Shown here piece after piece: positions 56,967 to 64,000 of a stretch of 64,000 nucleotides of DNA. This stretch comes from Octopus vulgaris (lineage: Eukaryota), in NCBI GenBank assembly GCA_951406725.2, contig OX597816.1, positions 138,322,001 through 138,386,000 on the forward strand. The letters are read 5' to 3'. The notes beneath the pieces are model-generated. The model did no database searches. It was not told the origin of the DNA and saw nothing but the letters and a program-made list of their open reading frames with translations. Each line of letters opens with the position of its first letter. The first letter of the stretch is position 1. The position numbers were made by a program, and so were the translations under genes.

Positions 56967-57582
56967 TGTGTGTGTGTAGGACATACTATGCTTTTTACTC
57001 GTTTTGGTCGTTGTTATTGTTTTGCACAATGTCTGCCCTGATCGAACAGATCTCTATGTAACCAAAGGCTCTCTTCGGCCTCCATTTTCTCTTCTTTGCC
57101 TTTATATAAATATTCCGCAACCTTTTTTCTTGAACGGTAGAGTATGATTTGAGGGAAATTTAGCAGCTATGTTTAGCAGGCCAAACGATTACATACAGGC
57201 TCTCCCGTTAGTTCGATTCCTCATCGCTCGTCGTTGTATGTATGTACGAATGTAGGTATATATACATATACGTATGTATGTATGTACGTATGCACGTATG
57301 TATGTATGTATGTATGTATGTATGTATGTATGTATGTATGTATGTATGTATGTATGTATGTATGTATGTATGCATGTATGTATGCATGTATGCACTTATC
57401 CATGTACATGTCTTATGGATGTAATGTATGTACGTATGTATGCATGTATGTATATATATATGTTCATGTTTATACATATGCATATGTTCTTATATGCATT
57501 ATGAATGTGAGTCTCTCTCGCTATTTCTCTCTGTCTGTCTCTCTATCTCTTTCGACCTATGTATTCATACATACATAGACTG

Positions 57583-57640
<58 letters not shown>

Positions 57641-57866
57641 CTATATATATAATTTTCTTTGTATGTATGCATGTATGTTCGTATATATGGTTATGTACGC
57701 ATATTTGTATGCGTATCTGTTTTGATGGTTCTATGTATGTATGCATGCATGTATGTATGTATGTATGTATGTATGTATGTATGTATGTATGTATGTATGT
57801 ATGTATGTATGTATGTATGTATGTGAGCGTATGTATGTATGTATGTATGTATGTGAGCGTATGTAT

Positions 57867-57914
<48 letters not shown>

Positions 57915-58309
57915 GCACAAATACATATGTGTGTGTCCGTTTATATATATATGCATGTGTGTGTGTGTGTATTTATATAAGTATATATGAGTCCGTTCAT
58001 ATGTGTATGCTCATGTGTGGCGGGGTGTCAGTAATTAATATTAGCTCTAATCGATTTATTAGTTGTGTCGATCGTATTCTCAGTCTCGTTAATGTCTCGC
58101 TGTGTGTCTGGCAGAAAAGAAGAGGTTGTAACCTTTGACGGGTTTCTTACAACACAGGCTGCCTTCATCAGTATCAACTTTAATAAAATATCACCAAGCT
58201 GCTCTTTGTCATTTATTAACGATCAACCAAACACACGTCGTCTATAAAATATGCTCCAATACATTTCTCGCTCCACTCGCGCAGTTGCATCTATTATTGC
58301 GACATTTGT

Positions 58310-59383
58310 TGTGATGGTGATGTCATTATTATAGTTGGTGGTGGTGGTATTGGTGGTGGTGGTGGTGGTGGTGATGGTGGTGGTACTTGTGGTGGTGATG
58401 GTCGTGGCGACGGTGGTAGTGGTGGTGGTGGTGGTGGTGCTTGTGGTGGAGCTTGTGATGGTGATGGTGGTGGTTGTGGTGGTGGTGATGGTGGTGGTGG
58501 TGGTGGTGGTGATGGTGGTGGTACTTGTGGTGGTGATGGTCGTGGCGACGGTGGTGGAGCTTGTGGTGGTGATGGTGGTGGTAGCGCTGGTGGTGGTGAT
58601 GGTGGTGGTAGTGGTGATGGTGGTGGTGGTAGTGGTGGTGGTAGTGGTGGTGGTGGTGATGGTGGTGGTTGTGGTGGTGATAGCGGTGGTGCTTGTGGTG
58701 GTGGTGGGGCTGGGGCTGGTGGCGGTGATGCTTGTATTGGTGATGGTGGTGGTAGTGGTGGTGGTGGTTGTAGTGGTGGTGGTGGTGGTGGTGGTGGTGC
58801 TTGTGGTGGTGGTGATGGTGATGGTTGTTGTTAGTACTAGTGAGGATGCTGGTGACGGCTGGGGAAAATGATAAGGGTATGCTGGTGCTAGTGTAGGTGT
58901 GTGAGGAGTAATTTTGGTGATGTTAATAGTGGAGATAGTGAGTGTGGTGGTGGTGGTTGATGTGGTGGAAGTATGACAGTGGTATTGATGAGGGTCGGAA
59001 TGCCACTAGCAGTAATGATACTGGTGATGACACGAGTAGTGATGGTGATGATGGCGATGATGCTGATACTAGTTATTGAGCTGATGCTGGCGGTTAAAGC
59101 TGGTAATGTGGTCGTGATGGTGTAAGGGGTAACGTGGTCGTGATGGTGTTTGGAGTAACGGTCGTGGTGGTAGTGTGAAAGTGTTATTGATGACGGTGGG
59201 AATGCTCCTTGTTGTGATGATACTGATGATGATGACGATAATGGCGGCAGTGATGATGATGGCGATGATGGTGATGATGATGGCGACGATGGTGATGATA
59301 GTGATACTAGCGGTAGTGCTGATGCTTGAAGTATGGTGGTGGTGAGAGTAATGACACTAATGGTGGTTTATGTAGTGATGCTG

Positions 59384-59449
<66 letters not shown>

Positions 59450-59660
59450 ATGCTGGTTTGTGGTGGTAGTGTTGATGGTGCTGGTTGTTCTAGTGGTTTT
59501 GGGCTTCTGTGGTAGAGAAGGTCTTCTGATAGTAGTAGTAGTAATCGTTTTGGTAGTCATACTGACGGAATTGGTCGAGAAAGTGGTAAAGCTGGTATTG
59601 GTGGCGATGTTGATGGTACTAGTGGTGGAGCTTGAGGTGTGGTTTGTAGTGGTAGTTCTG
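58310..59660. repeat. (GGT)n/(GAT)n/(GTA)n low-complexity region
   Basis: Directly visible trinucleotide repeats. Confidence 0.9.
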
Positions 59661-59923
59661 AGTGAAATGGAGTACTTAATGGTTGGACATTATCTTTTAG
59701 TTAAAAGCTGGAAGGCAAGTCCGATCCGCTACTGTACATAGGTTTAGAAGTGAGAAAAACAGGCATATCTCTGGGGTAAAAAGTGTGCTTCCCAGTTACG
59801 TGATTTCAGGTTCAGTCCTACTGCGTAGCACCTTGGGCAGTGTTTTTTACTATAACCTCGGGCCCACATAAGCCTTGCTAGTGGATTTGCTTGACAGAAA
59901 CTGAAAGAAACCCGTTGTGTATA

Positions 59924-60436
59924 TCTATATATATAAAACTGTAGTTGTGTGAGTGTCTGTCTCCTACGATTTAGATTCCTAACTCCTCCCACATTTTGCG
60001 GTGCAGTTTAACCAAATTCGGGTATCTTATAGTCGTGATTAATATCGAGCCCGTCTGGCTATTAGCGTGCGTCTACGATGAGTCTACGATTTAAAAAATA
60101 ATTTAACATCATTTTTTATTCCATTTTAATGCATAATTTTTCGTGTGTCGATGGCGGCGGAGTTGGCGTCCATGGTCACACCTGCACCTGTTTGCTTCTC
60201 CCCCTTCTTCCCTCCCTCGTGAAGCTGTGGGGAAGGGAGTTTAAGGAAATCAACGTCGTAATGCGTTGTCAAGGAGACCAGCGTTCTTTTAGAACAACGA
60301 CTTCATGGCTTGAAGACACCAAAACAGAAATGGCTAAGAAAGCCCGAATTGGCATCTATAAGGGAAGTAACTCTCTAAAAATGCTTATATAGTTATTTCC
60401 CTTACAAACCCGAGCAACGCCGGGCGATACTGCTAG
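59924..60436 (+). mobile_element. Non-autonomous Helitron nested in a family A SINE (59760-60780)
   Basis: A|TC start, CTAG|T end, hairpin CCCGAGCAACGCCGGG. Confidence 0.85.
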
Positions 60437-61129
60437 TATATATATAAAACTATAATTAGATATCATTTATATAACATATGCTCTATTTATGTGTGTCGCT
60501 CTTCTCCTTAATTTACAGTCTTCGAGTTTGTTTACAAATTTGTAAATGTGCATGTGTGTGTATTTGTGTGTGTGTCTTTGTGTTTGTATCCCCCCCCACT
60601 TCACCTTGACAACCGGTGTTGGCATGTCCTAGTAACTTAGTAGTTCGGCGAAAGAGATAGATAAAATAAGTACCATGCCAGGCTTTAGGAAAAGTACTGG
60701 GGTCGATTCGTTCGACCCAAATATTTCAAGGTGATGTCCTGGTATGACTGCAGTCTAATGACTGAAACATTATAAAAAATAAAAAATATGGTGGTTAGGA
60801 TTGATAAAGAAGATATCCGTTGGCCGTTGACTGGAGAAAGCAAAGTCTTCAGTGTGAGTTTGTGGTTTGTGGGGTCGACCGCGTCCTCCGCTTCATTTTT
60901 TTGTATATCACTCATTCTCATTTAATTGTATATATTTTAATTGTTTGTTTATTCATACGTTTCGTCTCATTCGATACCCTGACCCCAATGTTTGTTTTGT
61001 CTGTCCTCGTATTGTCCCCTCTTTTTCTCAACCTCATGGTTAATAAAGAAATTGACTGTGTAATCATAATCAGCCAGATAGTGTTCTTCATTTGGGTGTG
61101 GTGGGGCGGTTACGGTCAACAATTGCTGT

Positions 61130-61517
61130 GGGAAGCACTCCGTCGGTTACGACGATGAGGGTTCCGGTTGATCCGAATCAACGGAACAGCCTGCTCGTGA
61201 AATTAACGTGTAAGTGGCTGAGCCCTCCACAGACACGTGTACCCTTAACGTAGTTCTCGGGGATATTCAGCGTGACACAGAGAGTGACAAGGCCGGCCCC
61301 CTGAAATACAGGTACAACAGAAACAGGAAGTAAGAGTGAGAGAAAGTTGTGGTGAAAGAGTACAGCAGGGATCACCACCATCCCCTGCCGGAGCCTCGTG
61401 GAGCTTTTTAGGTGTTTTCGCTCAATAAACACTCACAACGCCCGGTCTGGGAATCGAAACCGCGATCCTATGACCGCGAGTCCGCTGCCCAAACCACTGG
61501 GCCATTGCGCCTCCATT
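61130..61517 (-). mobile_element. tRNA-derived SINE with 12-bp TSD
   Basis: TSD AACAATTGCTGT at 61118-61129 and 61518-61529; A/B-box head. Confidence 0.88.
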
Positions 61518-62339
61518 AACAATTGCTGTATATCCGGTAATAACTCGATTCCCGTACTCAAGTTGTAAGCGTAACAGTGTCTTCTTGCCTCACGTAGTGT
61601 ACTAAACACCAAGATCCATTTATTCTAAAACCTTCCCCCAAACTTTTAACATTGTGTGACCGACACCTCTGTGACAAATAAAAGCAACTATTATTACGTT
61701 GAACTCAATTTTGTCTTCCATGTTTTCGGGTTCGATAAAATAAAGTATCTACTAAGTACTGAGATCGATGTTATCGACGAATATGCTAACTTCAAAATTA
61801 CTAGCCTTGTGCTTAGCTGGCAGATTCGTTGGCACGCTGAGCAGAGTGCTTAGCGGCATTTCATCCGTAAATGTTTTGTAGTATGGCTTACATTTGTTAG
61901 TCTATTATGATGGAAGTAGCCTCTTATGTGTACCTAAAACGAAGGATGGAAGTTATTAAAGGGTGTTATGTTAGTTAAATTGTAGTTGCAGGGAAACTAT
62001 AGAAAGGGTTATATTAAAAGAGAAATGTAGTTCTGGAGGGTTGAGGGCAATGTTTAGTTAAGAAACCGCGTAGGGAACGAAATGTCATTGAGGGTAAGAT
62101 AAGGAGTTAGTGATAGACTGATATAAAGATAGCGACTACATAAGAGCAGATGCCATTGTAATAGTTTGAAAATGACAGAGGGAGGATACGGCCTGACAAT
62201 GATAAGTGCATGCTTGTCTGTCATGTGAATAACATTTTATAAATGTTGGTTTAAAGTATATTTGAGTGCATGCGTGCGTGTGTGTATGTGCGTGTGTGTG
62301 TATGTGTGTGTGTGTGTGTGCGCGTGTGTGTGTGTGTGC

Positions 62340-62380
<41 letters not shown>

Positions 62381-62486
62381 CGTGTGTGTGTGTGCATGCG
62401 TGCATGCGTGTATGTGTGTGTGCGTGTGTGTTTGTGTGTGCGTGTGTGTGCGTGCGTGTGTGTGTGTGTGTGTGCATGCGTGCGTG

Positions 62487-62531
<45 letters not shown>

Positions 62532-62537
62532 GTGTGT

Positions 62538-62578
<41 letters not shown>

Positions 62579-63423
62579 AGAGTTTTGGCATATTACAGAA
62601 GTAGGAGGCGTACTTTACTGCAGAGTGTATTTCAGTGTAAAAAGAACAGCTGTTCAAGGATGAAATAATTTCGCTCTATGAAAAAAAGAAACCCAGCCTT
62701 TGTGATGCTGTCCCAGCTACGTGATGTATGTGTGGTCTCCGTCAGAGTTTGTCAGATATAAGTGGAGTTCTTGTGAAGGATGTAACTGTTGGTGCAGGCT
62801 ATTGTTCAGAAGTAGGAACGATTCTATGTCATGTTGTTGAACGAAAGAAACTGAAGCTTCAAATTCTCACGCAGGGTGTTTAGAAGTTCATTAAACACAA
62901 ACATGAATGTTGTACATACTTGACATATGGAGATGAATACCTGCGTAACTGATGCTTTGTGAGACGAGACAGTACTGTTTGTCGGTATTTATTTACAGAA
63001 AAGGTAGATAAATATAAACTAACATGAATATTAAGGTTGGCAAATTGGGAAGATTTATAAATTCCTCAATATTTAATTTGATGTTTCAATATCGATGTTT
63101 CACTTCTATGTTTCAATACTTTGTCGAATGCCCTCGAGTATCAGAAAGCAAATTCCTTGATATACTGAAATATGATACTATTGGTTATTTATCGACGCTG
63201 GAATTATTTTAGGTTGGTGTGTGTATGTATATATATATATAATAAACCTTTACGTAAATAAATAACGTGAAATACACGAAGGGACGAACAAAAAAACAAA
63301 CGGGTCATTCAAAGCCTTCATTCTTCAGTCATATATATATATATATGATAACAATTTAATAATAAAATATATGCATACATACATACATATATGTACGTAC
63401 CTACATCTATATGTATATATACA

Positions 63424-63484
<61 letters not shown>

Positions 63485-63647
63485 GTTATCGCCATACTAA
63501 TATGGCATTCTTATAAAAATAAGAAAAAAGCTGTCCGCTTATTAGCTCCATGAGGCCATCGCCTTAAGTTAGCTATTTGATACACAAACTGTATCCATAT
63601 AACCTTCGAACAAGGGAGGTCAGTCGCTCCACACTACTTGACCGGCA

Positions 63648-63689
63648 GCTACAGACGCGTTTCGGGGTATTGCCCCTTTTCAATGCAGC
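63648..63689 (-). ncRNA. Minimal type-I hammerhead ribozyme with a compensated U3-A8 core
   Basis: Minus: GCTGCA TTGAAAA GGGG CAATA CCCC GAAAC GC GTC TGTAGC; 6-bp stem I, 4-bp stem II, palindromic ACGCGT; predicted cut between 63654 and 63653. Confidence 0.8.
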
Positions 63690-63734
63690 GTAGCCAGCCA
63701 GTAGGTGTCGCTTCCGACAATCTCTGTTCGATGG

Positions 63735-63790
63735 TTTTATTTACCTAGTTTCGGTGGAATACATCCACTTGTTTTCAATAATAGAAATAT
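63735..63790 (-). ncRNA. Second hammerhead-like motif (U3-A8), imperfect
   Basis: Minus: CTATTA TTGAAAA CAA GTGGA TGTAT TCCAC C GAAAC TAG GTA AATA; junction pairs imperfect. Confidence 0.4.
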
Positions 63791-64000
63791 TAAAATAACT
63801 AAGTCTCTCTAAAAGAGAACAGCGGCAGCGTTCCCGGAAAATAATAGTTATCGCCATACTAATATGGCATTCTTATAAAAATAAGAAAAAAGCTGTCCGC
63901 TTATTAGCTCCATGAGGCCATCGCCTTAAGTTAGCTATTTGATACACAAACTGTATCCATATAACCTTGTTCGAAGGTTATATGGATACAGTTTGTGTAT

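Larger units (their letters stand above)
63479..64000 (-). mobile_element. Young Penelope-like/retrozyme-like element: 362-bp unit, 128-bp identical direct repeat, then a fold-back inversion running off the window
   Basis: 63479-63606 equals 63841-63968; 63967-64000 is the reverse complement of 63580-63613; abuts (TA)n; two hammerhead motifs. Confidence 0.8.

Noticed and set aside
58128-58180. Minus-strand CTGATGA...GAAAC CC GTC hammerhead-like string
   Set aside because: No stem I pairing, mismatched base of stem II and a non-palindromic stem III; probably chance
58335-59741. Poly-valine ORFs suggesting a membrane or structural protein
   Set aside because: (GGT)n/(GTA)n low-complexity DNA with no complex flanking sequence or splice support

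Overview
Eukaryotic, AT-rich, repeat-saturated DNA. The SINE families and the (TA)n/(CA)n/(TATG)n/(AGAT)n load look like an octopus genome; this is an inference from recognising the repeats. Nearly all entries in the ORF track are microsatellite read-through artefacts. The window holds three tRNA-type SINE families, two full-length but disrupted mariner elements, other Tc1/mariner relics, MITEs, non-autonomous Helitron/Helentron-type elements, RTE and CR1-like LINE relics, one orphan 261-codon ORF and a few possible minus-strand exons. The most notable signal is about ten type-I hammerhead-ribozyme motifs from several unrelated short elements, most abutting (TA)n tracts. Their cores range from fully canonical (50523-50627) to compensated U3-A8 variants (63648-63689, 23083-23122), and most have a self-complementary stem III. 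Several host elements show the tandem and fold-back repeats typical of Penelope-like retroelements, and a decayed Penelope-like GIY-YIG endonuclease lies at 9239-9570. All folds and alignments were read by eye and need computational and biochemical confirmation.
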